Origin: Beijerinckiaceae bacterium
Lineage (GTDB): Bacteria; Pseudomonadota; Alphaproteobacteria; Rhizobiales; Beijerinckiaceae
Length of the DNA stretch: 64,000 bases
Assembly: GCA_965277355.1 (NCBI GenBank)
Contig: CBDICN010000002.1
Location: forward strand, 1,029,175-1,093,174
Reading direction: 5' to 3'
In this document: piece by piece, positions 1-9,277 of the stretch
Numbering within the stretch: position 1 is the stretch's first letter
Layout of the letters: each line of letters opens with the position of its first letter
Notes under the pieces: model-generated
What the model saw: only the letters and a program-made list of their open reading frames with translations
What the model was told of the DNA's origin: nothing
The model's database searches: none
Position numbers and translations under genes: made by a program

Positions 1-2
1 TG

Positions 3-740
3 ACGATCCAGGTGCGGCCCACTCCCGGCCACGACCTCGATGCGATGACCGCCGCCGCCGCGGCGCTCGCGCGGGCCACGCCCGGCGTCGCCTCCGTCGA
101 TCCCTACACCAAGGTCGAAAGCGAGAAGCTGCTGCAGCCCTGGCTCGGCGCCGGGCTGGACCTCGGCGATCTGCCGGTGCCGCGCCTCATCGTCGTCAAG
201 CTAGACCCCTCGAAGCCGCTCGACATCATCGGGCTGCGCAGCGCGCTCGCCGACAAGGTTGCCGGCGCGAGCGTCGACGACCACAGGATCTGGCTGGCGC
301 GGCTCGCCTCCATGGCGAATGCGACGGTGGCGATCGGGCTGGTCATCTTCACGCTCGTGGTGACCGCGATGCTGTTCGCCGTCGCCTTCGCGACGCGCGG
401 CGCGATGGCCGGCGCCAAGGAGATCATCGAGGTGCTGCACTTCGTCGGCGCGGCGGACGGCTACATCGCGCGCCAATTCCAGAGCCATTTCTTCCGGCTC
501 GGCCTGCGCGGCGGCGCGATCGGCGGCGGCGCGACGATCCTGTTCTTCCTGCTCGGCGGCCGAATACTCGGCATCTGGCGCACCAGCGCCGGCGGGGAGC
601 AGATCGAGGCTCTGTTCGGCAGCTTCGGCCTTTCCTTGAAGGGCTATGGCGCGATCGTCGCCATCGCCGCCGCCAATGCCGTGCTCACCGGCATCGTCTC
701 GCGGATGATCGTCTACCGGCACTTGCGCAACATGGTTTGA
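3..740 (+). CDS. ftsX: FtsX-like cell-division ABC permease (5' truncated by window edge)
   Basis: Frame open from the window start; SVDDH..W..RL..MA then TM helices and FATRGAMA...IIEVLHFVGA.DGYIARQFQ.HF, typical of the alphaproteobacterial FtsX C-terminus. Confidence 0.8.
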   Translation, partial: TIQVRPTPGHDLDAMTAAAAALARATPGVASVDPYTKVESEKLLQPWLGAGLDLGDLPVPRLIVVKLDPSKPLDIIGLRSALADKVAGASVDDHRIWLARLASMANATVAIGLVIFTLVVTAMLFAVAFATRGAMAGAKEIIEVLHFVGAADGYIARQFQSHFFRLGLRGGAIGGGATILFFLLGGRILGIWRTSAGGEQIEALFGSFGLSLKGYGAIVAIAAANAVLTGIVSRMIVYRHLRNMV

Positions 741-786
741 CGCGCCGGAATTGCTCCGCGCGAGAGAGAACGCTTCCGGCTCGATC

Positions 787-1572
787 CTACACGACGACCG
801 CGTCGCCGACCCGCATCGCGCCGTCCCCGATTACTTCGAGGTACACGCCCATATAAGGATGGCCGTAGAAGGCCAGCAGTTCCTTGGGCAGCGACATGTC
901 GCGGGCGCCGGTCAGAGGATCGACGTTGATCGCCGCGCAGCGCTTGGTCTCCATCACACAGCGGAAGCGAGCCGAGCCGATCGTCAGCTCGCAATCGAGC
1001 CAGTCGACTTCCGCGAAGGCCGGCAGACCCTCGATGTAGACGTTGGCGCGAAAGCGCAGCGGGTGGATCGGCCGGCCGAGCCGTCTCTCGAAGTCGCGGA
1101 CGGAGGCAAGATTGATCAGCGAAACCGCCTTCATCATCGCGGGCGAGATGACGCTGACGTCGGTGAACTTGTGCCCTTCCGCCTCCACGAGCCGCGGCTG
1201 CCCTTCGCAGGCCTCGCCGAGATAATCGGAGAAGAACCCCTCGATGGCGGCGCGACCCGCCGGCGCCGTCATGTCGGCCTCAAGGCTGGGACGCTCCGGC
1301 GCCGCGACGGAAAAGGTGCCGCGTCCCTCGTCGTAGTGCGTCGAGAGGGCCGCGAGTTCCTCGTTGCGGCGGAGCATCAGGAAATATCCCTTGTCGAGCG
1401 GCTCAGGGCGGGCGGGGTCGAAGCGCGTGGTCCCGAGCGCGAGCGCGAAGCGCCGGTCGTCCTCGAGGCCGCCGCGCGCGGTCGCCTCGAGATGATCCGT
1501 TGCCTGCGGCGACAATCCCTTGACGGGATAGCGGTAGAGCGTCGCGACCTCGGCCTGCTTCGCATCCTGCAT
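787..1572 (-). CDS. MOSC domain protein (MOSC_N + MOSC)
   Basis: VATLYRYPVKGLS, DRRFAL, LRFRANVYIEG, RCAAINVDP; GGAGA RBS before ATG at 1572. Confidence 0.85.
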   Translation of the reverse strand: MQDAKQAEVATLYRYPVKGLSPQATDHLEATARGGLEDDRRFALALGTTRFDPARPEPLDKGYFLMLRRNEELAALSTHYDEGRGTFSVAAPERPSLEADMTAPAGRAAIEGFFSDYLGEACEGQPRLVEAEGHKFTDVSVISPAMMKAVSLINLASVRDFERRLGRPIHPLRFRANVYIEGLPAFAEVDWLDCELTIGSARFRCVMETKRCAAINVDPLTGARDMSLPKELLAFYGHPYMGVYLEVIGDGAMRVGDAVVV

Positions 1573-1656
1573 CGTTCTCCACCTTTCGTTTCGCCTTCGA
1601 AGCATCGCCCGGGCAAGGCCCGATGGTCCGCGCAAAGCCGCGTTCTGCCGAAAGCT

Positions 1657-1668
1657 ATGGTTAACCAT
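1657..1668. promoter_or_regulatory. Perfect 12-bp palindrome ATGGTTAACCAT (two overlapping TTAACCAT CtrA-type half sites)
   Basis: Read directly in the divergent intergenic region between the MOSC gene and the lytic transglycosylase. Confidence 0.35.
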
Positions 1669-1838
1669 CGGCGGGCATCCTGCACGAATGGCGCCGCCCA
1701 CGTCTCGACGAGATGGTCCGCGAGCCGCCATCTTTCGCTGCTAGGCAACACCATCGCGAGACGGCTTCACCCATGATGAGCGCCAGGCGGATGCAGATTA
1801 GACCATTGCCGTTGATCCTCGTCGTGCGCGCGGGTCGA

Positions 1839-3032
1839 ATGCCTTTCCTGCGTCACGCGGCGGTCTTCGCGGCGCTGGCGCTCGCCGCCAGCCCGGCCCA
1901 CGCCGACTTCCGGTCCTGCGTCGCCGGCTTGCGCGGCGCCGCGGAGGCCAAGGGCGTGTCGCCGCAGACGTTCGCCGCGCTGACCCAGACTCTCGAGCCC
2001 AACCCCGACGTCCTCAAGGCCGAGGCCTATCAGCCCGAGTTCAAGACGGCAATCTGGGACTATCTCGCCGGCCTCGTCGACGAGGAGCGCGTGCAGGACG
2101 GCGCGGCGGCAATGCAGCAGAACGCCCAGGCGCTGGCCTCCGCGCAGCGCCGCTTCGGCGTTCCGCCTCACGTCGTCACCGCGGTCTGGGGCGTCGAATC
2201 GAACTTCGGGCGCAACTTCGGCTCGAAGCCGGTGATCCAGTCGCTGGCGACGCTGACCTGCGCCGGCGGGCGCCGCGCCGGATACTACCGCGGCGAGCTG
2301 CTCGCGGCGATGAAGATCGTGCAGTCCGGCGATATCGATCCGGCCGACTTCAACGGCTCCTGGGCCGGCGCCTTCGGACACACCCAGTTCATGCCGTCGA
2401 CCTTCCTCGCCACCGCCGTCGACGGCGACGGCGACGGCCGCCGCGACCTCGTCCATTCTCCGGCGGACGCGCTGGCCTCGACGGCGAACTACCTGCGCAA
2501 GGCCGGCTGGCAGCAGGGCCTGCCTTGGGGCTTCGAGGTGCGCCTGCCCGACGGCTACCGCGGCCCCTCCGGGCGAACCCACAAGCAGCCGATGTCGGCC
2601 TGGGCCGGGCGCGGCATCACCCGCATCGACGGCCGCCCGCTCGGCGACGATAACTCGAGGACAGAGAACGCCGGCCTGCTGCTGCCCGCCGGCCCCAACG
2701 GCCCGGCGTTCCTCGTGACGCGGAACTTCGACGCGATCTACGGCTACAACGCCGCCGAGAGCTACGCGCTCGCGATCGCGCTGCTGTCCGACCGGCTCGC
2801 CGGCCGGCCCGGGCTGCAGAGGCCGTGGCCGACCAACGATCCCGGCCTATCGCGCGCCGACCGCCGCGAGCTGCAGAGCCGGCTCGTCCAGCGCGGCTAC
2901 GACCTGCAGGGCAAGATCGACGGCGTGATCGGCGACAAGACCCGCGAGGCGATCACCGACTACCAGGGCAAGGCGGGGCTGCGCCCCGACGGCCGCGCCA
3001 GCCAGTCCGTGCTCAGCGCGCTCCGGCGATGA
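1839..3032 (+). CDS. Lytic murein transglycosylase (MltB/SLT_2 family) with C-terminal peptidoglycan-binding domain
   Basis: Signal peptide; AVWGVESNFG (catalytic Glu), GSWAGAFGHTQFMPS, YNAAESYALAI, DGVIGDKTREAI; start could be further upstream. Confidence 0.9.
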   Translation: MPFLRHAAVFAALALAASPAHADFRSCVAGLRGAAEAKGVSPQTFAALTQTLEPNPDVLKAEAYQPEFKTAIWDYLAGLVDEERVQDGAAAMQQNAQALASAQRRFGVPPHVVTAVWGVESNFGRNFGSKPVIQSLATLTCAGGRRAGYYRGELLAAMKIVQSGDIDPADFNGSWAGAFGHTQFMPSTFLATAVDGDGDGRRDLVHSPADALASTANYLRKAGWQQGLPWGFEVRLPDGYRGPSGRTHKQPMSAWAGRGITRIDGRPLGDDNSRTENAGLLLPAGPNGPAFLVTRNFDAIYGYNAAESYALAIALLSDRLAGRPGLQRPWPTNDPGLSRADRRELQSRLVQRGYDLQGKIDGVIGDKTREAITDYQGKAGLRPDGRASQSVLSALRR

Positions 3033-3289
3033 GGCGACACTCCGGCCTCGCGGCGACGCTCGCGGCGCTCCTCGTGTCGTCGTGCGCCGTACCGGCGCAG
3101 GCGCAGGCGATCAAATGCTCGGCCTTCCTCGACGAGGGCGGCGGCTCCTGGCGCAGCTTCTTCACCGGGGAGGTGATCGGCCTGCATGGTCCGATCGCGG
3201 TCAAGACCGGAGAACGCCTACGCCGCGGCGACGGCGGCGGCAGGGGCGAGGTCGCCGCCCTGCTCGACCGGCTGTGCGGGTCGCCGTAG
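3029..3289 (+). CDS. Small secreted hypothetical protein (86 aa, two Cys)
   Basis: ATGA overlap with the transglycosylase stop; N-terminal signal peptide ending AQA. Confidence 0.6.
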   Translation: MRRHSGLAATLAALLVSSCAVPAQAQAIKCSAFLDEGGGSWRSFFTGEVIGLHGPIAVKTGERLRRGDGGGRGEVAALLDRLCGSP

Positions 3290-3343
3290 CTCCAATTTAG
3301 AAAAGAGTAGCAGCGCCGGCCATATCCTCCCCCACCGCGGAAA

Positions 3344-3375
3344 GAGGCGCACCGTCGGAGGGGCGGGTGCGCCTC
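3344..3375. terminator. Hairpin between convergent genes
   Basis: GAGGCGCACC-N12-GGTGCGCCTC perfect 10-bp stem; no U-tract. Confidence 0.35.
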
Positions 3376-3468
3376 GCATTCACCCTTTCGAGTATCCGTC
3401 GCCTCAATGCGAGATCGAAGAGGCGGCTGCCCCTCCGCCATGCTTCGGATGGTCGCTCCCCCGCTAGG

Positions 3469-4719
3469 CTACGCGCGCATGGGAGGATCCGCCTCCGCTC
3501 CGATCCGCGAGCCCCGCCCAGCGCGGCGCGGCAGCAGATATGGTACCGCGCTCGCCGCCTCCAGCACCGCCAGCGCCGCCCACACAAGCCGATGCGCCTC
3601 GGGCGGAAAGTGCCCGCCGTGGCTCGGCCACAGCCCGAGCACCATCCCGATGCCGGCCTGCAGCACGAAGATGAGCACGAACAGCACCAGCGTCAGCGTC
3701 GTGGTCACGCGCCCGACCATCGCGGGAGCGACCGCCTCGGCCAGCACCGCATAGGTTAGGATGCCGGTGCTCCCGAAGAAGCCGTAGGCGCTCCATAGCA
3801 CCGCCGCCGGCAGCGGCGCACCGGCAACGATCAGGATCTGGTCGACGACGAACAAACCCATTCCGATGCCGCTGAAGGCGATCAGGCTCAAGCCGCGCCG
3901 CTCGAGCGCGCGCGCCGCGACCCCGAAGCCCACGCTGCCGGCCATCATCGCCACGCCGAGGATCGAGACCAGCGAGGCGGCACGGTCGATGTCGAGGCCG
4001 GACACGTCGCGCATGTAGGCGCCGACCCACAAGGACTGCGCGGCGTAGAACACGCCCTGCGTCAGCGCCGAGAACGGCACCACCCGCCAGAAGAAGCCGG
4101 AGCGCAGGATGGCGGCGGTGCCGCGCAGCTGGCCGGCGATGCTGGTGCCGCGCTCGGGCTCCGGCAGCTCCGGCGTGGCGAGCATCAGCAGCGCCGCCGC
4201 GCTCAGCGTGATCAGCGCCAAGCCGATGGCGGCCGTCCGCCAGCTCGCGACGGCAAGCACCCGGGTGAGCGGCGTCCCGACCAGCACCCCGCCGAAGCCG
4301 CCGATCGCCAGCACCAGCCCGTAGAGCAGCGGCAGCTGTCGCGCGGAGAACTGCCGGGCGATCGCCTTGTACGCGCCGCCGAGGCAGACCGACACGCCGA
4401 CGCCGATCATCAGCCGCCCGAGCATCAGCGCCGCGAGCCCGTTTGCCGCGCCAAACACCAGGATGCCGGCGGCCGCGACCACCAGCAGAGCCGCGTCCGT
4501 GCGCCGGGCACCGAAGCGGTCGAGCGCCACGCCGGCCGGGATCTGCGCCGCCGCGAAACCGAGGAAGTAGAGACTCGTCAACAGCCCGAGATCGCCGGCG
4601 CTCAGCCCCAGGTCGTGCGTGATCTGCGGCGCGAAGCCGATGTTCACGCCGCGAAACAGATACGAGACGAAGTAGCCGAACGCGAAGGTCGCGAAGACGC
4701 GGAGGCGGAGAAAGGCCAT
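3469..4719 (-). CDS. MFS transporter
   Basis: 416 aa, about 12 hydrophobic segments, motif A-like GVALDRFGARR. Confidence 0.9.
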   Translation of the reverse strand: MAFLRLRVFATFAFGYFVSYLFRGVNIGFAPQITHDLGLSAGDLGLLTSLYFLGFAAAQIPAGVALDRFGARRTDAALLVVAAAGILVFGAANGLAALMLGRLMIGVGVSVCLGGAYKAIARQFSARQLPLLYGLVLAIGGFGGVLVGTPLTRVLAVASWRTAAIGLALITLSAAALLMLATPELPEPERGTSIAGQLRGTAAILRSGFFWRVVPFSALTQGVFYAAQSLWVGAYMRDVSGLDIDRAASLVSILGVAMMAGSVGFGVAARALERRGLSLIAFSGIGMGLFVVDQILIVAGAPLPAAVLWSAYGFFGSTGILTYAVLAEAVAPAMVGRVTTTLTLVLFVLIFVLQAGIGMVLGLWPSHGGHFPPEAHRLVWAALAVLEAASAVPYLLPRRAGRGSRIGAEADPPMRA

Positions 4720-4822
4720 GGCGCCGTCTTAAGGCCAGACCGCGTATCGCGCGAGACCCCGCGCGAACGAGCAGGTCTCGCATCGGTCCAACGCAACTCG
4801 CTCCTTGCGGGCGGTGCCGGCG

Positions 4823-5590
4823 TCAGCCGTGCTTCGCCGCCTCGACGAAGCGTCGGCTCTCGGTGATGGCGCGCTGCGCATCCTGCGCGGTGGCGTCGGC
4901 GCCCATCCGCAGGGCCATCTCGGGGTTCTCGACAAAGTACCGGCCGCCGACCAGGACCGCCACGGACCGATTGAGCGAAGCGTCCCGGACGCGGGCGATC
5001 AGCGTCTCGGTCGCGCCGGCATGATCGTCGAGGCTCATCGAGAGGCCGACGACGGCGAACCATTCGTGCGTCACCCCTTCGACGATCTCGTCCGCCGAGG
5101 ACGCCGGCAGCGCGCAGACGGACCAGCCGGAGCGGCGAAACAGCTCCTCGATCATCACGACGCCGAGAAGATGCTGGTTGCCGGGCACGGCAGCGATCAG
5201 GACGCGGCCGAGAGAAAGGTCGAGAACGGCTTGCTCGTGCCGCGAAAAGGCGCGGACCATGCGGTGCAGCTTGCACAGCGCCAGCGTGACGTCGGAGAAC
5301 GAGCACTCGTCGGTGTCCCACAGCTCGCCGAGCCGAACCGCCACGGGCGCGAACACGTCGAGGAACACGGCCTCGAGCGAGGTGCCGGTCGCCAGCAGCG
5401 TGGCGACCGCCGCATAGACGTCCTCGATGCCCCGGGCGAGTACGAGCTGGGTGAAGGTGGCGACCTTCGCGCTCGGCGCCGCACACGCAGGCTCGAGCCC
5501 TTCGCAGCGCCCCGCGCGCGTCAGGAAGAGGCGGGGAATGATACGGGTTTCGACAAGGCGTGCCAGCGCCAGACGGCTCGTTTCGGACAT
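4823..5590 (-). CDS. Cobalamin(B12)-binding domain protein, AerR/PpaA-like
   Basis: IIPRL, LGELWDTDECSFSDVT, PGNQHLLG, VVGLS, VLVGG; start uncertain (frame open to 5716). Confidence 0.7.
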   Translation of the reverse strand: MSETSRLALARLVETRIIPRLFLTRAGRCEGLEPACAAPSAKVATFTQLVLARGIEDVYAAVATLLATGTSLEAVFLDVFAPVAVRLGELWDTDECSFSDVTLALCKLHRMVRAFSRHEQAVLDLSLGRVLIAAVPGNQHLLGVVMIEELFRRSGWSVCALPASSADEIVEGVTHEWFAVVGLSMSLDDHAGATETLIARVRDASLNRSVAVLVGGRYFVENPEMALRMGADATAQDAQRAITESRRFVEAAKHG

Positions 5591-5713
5591 CGCGCCGCCG
5601 GTTGTCGCGAGAGATCGGCCGAACGATGGACCCGCAGGTGGCGCCGCGTAGCGCTCTTCAAAGCTATCGACCACGAGCCCCCCTGCCGCGCCTCTCGCGC
5701 CCGACAATTCGTT

Positions 5714-5747
5714 CAACCGCTTCTTTCTTCCAACCGCTTCTTTCTTC
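5714..5747. repeat. Perfect 17-bp x2 tandem repeat CAACCGCTTCTTTCTTC
   Basis: Read directly, upstream of the B12-binding gene. Confidence 0.9.
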
Positions 5748-5957
5748 TCGGTACGGCCCGCGGCTAGCTTCTCGGCACTGCCCGCAGCCAGGCGTCTTCG
5801 TGCCAGGATCGTCAGTCCAAAAAGATAGACTCAAGCCGGTTGGCGGATCGACTGCTCTTTCGTCGGACGGCAGCGATGGGAAGGGCGTCGATTGCCGGGT
5901 TGCGGCGACCGTACGGGTGCGCTACATAGGACCATCATCCTCATCGCTAGTCGTTTG

Positions 5958-5984
5958 AGAGTGGGCCGCCGGGTCCGCTCTTTT
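5958..5984 (+). terminator. Leader hairpin/attenuator of the rimP-nusA-infB operon
   Basis: AGAGTGGGCC-GCCG-GGTCCGCTCT followed by TTT, about 50 bp upstream of rimP. Confidence 0.55.
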
Positions 5985-6034
5985 CTGGTTTGCGGCGCAT
6001 CTTATCCGCGCCGAATGCTTCCGGAAGGCCTTGA

Positions 6035-6856
6035 TTGAACGGAATCGACCTTGCCTTGCTCGACGAGCCCCGCCTCTCGGAAGAGAGCGGCATGGCCCTC
6101 GCCGCCGCGCGGATCGCGGCGCCGGTTCTCCGCGGGCTTGGATTCCGGCTCGTGCGGGTGAAGCTATCGGCGCAGGACGGCACCACGCTCCAGATCATGG
6201 CGGAGCGCCCGGACGGTACGCTCACGGTCGACGATTGCGAGGCGATCTCCGAGGCCCTGTCGCCGGTTCTCGATGTCGAGGACCCGGTCAAGCAGGCCTA
6301 TCGGCTCGAGATCTCCTCGCCCGGCATCGATCGGCCGCTGATGCGCGTGTCCGATTTTCGCCGGGCTGTCGGGTTGGAAGCCAAGATCGAGATGAGCGAG
6401 CTGACCGAGGGCCGCAAGCGCTTTCGCGGTCTCATCGAGCGGCTCGACGAGGACGGCGACGCCGTCATCGTCGTGACGCGCCACGACGCCAAGCCCGGCG
6501 AGCCCGAGAGCGTCCGATTGGCGCTGTCTTCGATCACGGACGGGCGCCTGGTGCTGACCGACGACCTGATCCGCGAGACGCTTCGGGCGGCGAAGGCCGC
6601 GCGCGAGGCTGCCGGCGAAGAGGACGACGAGGTGCCCGAAGACGGCTGTCAGCACGGTGGCGACGGGCCTTCCGAAGCCGCCCCCGCCAAAGGCCCCGGA
6701 CGCTTCGCTGCCCGCAACGCGGCCAAAACCGATGCCGCCAAAACTCACTTCGCTAAGACCGATGCCGCCAAGACCATCAAGGCCCGGCCCGTTCTGCCGG
6801 CCGGCATCAGAGCGCAATTCAAGAACAAAACGAACGGCGCGCGCAAGCCCCGCTAG
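6035..6856 (+). CDS. rimP: Ribosome maturation factor RimP (long C-terminal tail with 15-bp repeats at 6722-6781)
   Basis: [25 protein letters not shown]; first gene of the conserved operon; TTG start uncertain. Confidence 0.92.
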   Translation: MNGIDLALLDEPRLSEESGMALAAARIAAPVLRGLGFRLVRVKLSAQDGTTLQIMAERPDGTLTVDDCEAISEALSPVLDVEDPVKQAYRLEISSPGIDRPLMRVSDFRRAVGLEAKIEMSELTEGRKRFRGLIERLDEDGDAVIVVTRHDAKPGEPESVRLALSSITDGRLVLTDDLIRETLRAAKAAREAAGEEDDEVPEDGCQHGGDGPSEAAPAKGPGRFAARNAAKTDAAKTHFAKTDAAKTIKARPVLPAGIRAQFKNKTNGARKPR

Positions 6857-6881
6857 GGTCCGCGCAACAGGGAGAGCCGCC

Positions 6882-8486
6882 ATGGCGATATCCGCCAATA
6901 AACTCGAGCTCCTGCAGATCGCCGACGCGGTCGCGCGGGAAAAATCCATCGACCGGCAGATCGTGCTGGAGTCGATGGAGGACGCGATGCAGAAGGCCGC
7001 TCGCTCGCGCTACGGCCAGGAGACGGAAGTCCGCGCCGAAATCAACCCGAAGACCGGCGAGGTGCGGTTCTCGCGCCTCCTGCTCGTCGTCGAAGAGATC
7101 GAGAACGACGCGACGCAGATCCTGCCGGCCGATGCCCGCAAGAAGAACCCGGCCGCCCAGGTCGGCGACTGGATCGCCGAGACGCTGCCGCCATTCGACT
7201 TCGGCCGCATCGCCGCGCAGTCCGCCAAGCAGGTCATCGTGCAGAAGGTGCGGGAGGCCGAACGCGACCGCCAGTACGAGGAATACAAGGATCGCATCGG
7301 CGACATCGTGAACGGCGTCGTGAAGCGCGTCGAATACGGCAACACGATCATCGATCTCGGTCGCGGCGAGGCGACCATCCGGCGCGACGAGGCGATCCCG
7401 CGCGAGCTGTTCCGGCCCGGCGACCGGGCGCGCGCCTTCGTCTACGACGTGCGCCGCGAGCAGCGCGGGCCGCAGATCTTCCTGTCGCGCACCCATCCGC
7501 AGTTCATGGCCAAGCTGTTCCGTCAGGAAGTGCCGGAGATCTACGACGGGGTCATCGAGGTGAAGTCGGTCGCACGCGATCCCGGATCGCGTGCCAAGAT
7601 CGCGGTTACCTCGCGCGATACCTCGATCGATCCGGTCGGCGCCTGCGTCGGCATGCGCGGCTCGCGCGTTCAGGCGGTGGTGCAGGAGCTGCAGGGCGAG
7701 AAGATCGACATCATCCCGTGGTCGCCCGATTCCGCGACCTTCATCGTCAACGCGCTGCAGCCGGCCGAAGTGGTCAAGGTCGTCCTCGACGAGGACTCGA
7801 ACCGTATCGAGGTCGTCGTCCCCGACGACCAGCTGTCGCTGGCGATCGGCCGGCGCGGCCAGAACGTGCGGCTCGCCTCTCAGCTGACCGGCTGGGACAT
7901 CGACATCCTGACCGAGGCGGAAGAATCCGAGCGCCGGCAGAAGGAGTTCAACGAGCGCACGCAGACCTTCATGGAGGCACTCGACGTCGACGAAGTGGTC
8001 GGCCAGTTGCTCGCCTCAGAAGGCTTCCGCTCGGTGGAGGAACTCGCCTATGTCGAGCCGGACGAACTCGCCGCTATCGAAGGCTTCGACGAGGAGACCG
8101 CGACCGAGATCCAGCAGCGCGCGCGCGACCATCTCGGCAAGATCGACGCGGAGATCGACGCCAAGCGCGTCGCGCTCGGCGTGAACGACGAGTTGAAGAC
8201 GATCGAGGGCGTCACCCTGCCGATGTTGGTGAAGTTCGGCGAGCACGATATCAAGTCGATCGAAGACCTTGCCGATTGCGCCACCGACGATCTGTCGGGC
8301 TGGAACGAGCGCACCGGCACCGATATCGTGAAGCACGACGGCGCGCTCGACGGGCTCGACGTCTCGCGCGACGACGCGGAACTGATGATCATGCGCGCCC
8401 GCCTCGCGATGGGTTGGATCGACGGCTTGCCGGAGCTGTCGAGCGACGAGGAACCGGCCGAACAGACGGTGGAGCACCGGGCCTAG
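6882..8486 (+). CDS. nusA: Transcription termination/antitermination factor NusA
   Basis: [49 protein letters not shown]; GGAGAG RBS. Confidence 0.97.
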   Translation: MAISANKLELLQIADAVAREKSIDRQIVLESMEDAMQKAARSRYGQETEVRAEINPKTGEVRFSRLLLVVEEIENDATQILPADARKKNPAAQVGDWIAETLPPFDFGRIAAQSAKQVIVQKVREAERDRQYEEYKDRIGDIVNGVVKRVEYGNTIIDLGRGEATIRRDEAIPRELFRPGDRARAFVYDVRREQRGPQIFLSRTHPQFMAKLFRQEVPEIYDGVIEVKSVARDPGSRAKIAVTSRDTSIDPVGACVGMRGSRVQAVVQELQGEKIDIIPWSPDSATFIVNALQPAEVVKVVLDEDSNRIEVVVPDDQLSLAIGRRGQNVRLASQLTGWDIDILTEAEESERRQKEFNERTQTFMEALDVDEVVGQLLASEGFRSVEELAYVEPDELAAIEGFDEETATEIQQRARDHLGKIDAEIDAKRVALGVNDELKTIEGVTLPMLVKFGEHDIKSIEDLADCATDDLSGWNERTGTDIVKHDGALDGLDVSRDDAELMIMRARLAMGWIDGLPELSSDEEPAEQTVEHRA

Positions 8487-8508
8487 GCGCGCCGCGACGG
8501 GACTGGAC

Positions 8509-9144
8509 ATGTCCGACGACGACGAGCGCGGCCCGGAGCGGACCTGCATCGTGACCCGGCGCAAGGGCGCGCCGGAGACGATGATCCGCTTCGTGATCGG
8601 ACCGGAGGAGATCGTCGTGCCCGACGTCCGGCGCAAGCTGCCCGGTCGAGGCGTCTGGGTCAGCGCCGAGGAGACCGCGGTCGCGGAGGCCGCGCGCAAG
8701 GGCAGCTTCGCCCGCGGTTTCAAAGCGAAAGTGCTGGTCCCAGACACTTTGGCGCTCGACGTGGGGGATCTCCTGCGACAGGACGCGCTTCAATCGTTGG
8801 CGATGGCGAACAAGGCTGGTGCGGTCGTGGCCGGCTTCGCCAAGGCGGAGGCGGCGATCGCCAATGGCAAGGTGGCGGCGGTACTCCACGCTATGGAAGC
8901 GGGCGAGGACGGTGTCCGCAAGATCGATTCGCTGCTGCGTCGCTCCGCCGTGCGGCCAACCGCGATCAAACTCTTCGCGGCCGAGCAATTGGAATTGGCT
9001 TTGGGGCGCACAAATGTAATACACGTGGCGCTTGCCGCGGGCCCGGCGAGCCAAGCTTTCCTCACGCGCTGTCACCGGTTGATCCACTATCGATCGGGCG
9101 CGGTGCATGATCAGGGCGCCGACGCGACGGTGGCGTCTGCTTAG
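8509..9144 (+). CDS. YlxR/DUF448 RNA-binding protein with L7Ae-like domain
   Basis: PERTCIVTR, LPGRGVWV; position between nusA and infB. Confidence 0.88.
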   Translation: MSDDDERGPERTCIVTRRKGAPETMIRFVIGPEEIVVPDVRRKLPGRGVWVSAEETAVAEAARKGSFARGFKAKVLVPDTLALDVGDLLRQDALQSLAMANKAGAVVAGFAKAEAAIANGKVAAVLHAMEAGEDGVRKIDSLLRRSAVRPTAIKLFAAEQLELALGRTNVIHVALAAGPASQAFLTRCHRLIHYRSGAVHDQGADATVASA

Positions 9145-9277
9145 ATCGGCCATGTGAAAGTGGCCGTGACGGCCTATCTTTTGGTTTCCACGTCGGGCGC
9201 GGCTGTAGGGTCGCCATCACGTGTTCACACCTGGTGCGTCGGCGCATCACTCGGACGTTTGTTGGGACGCGATACAT

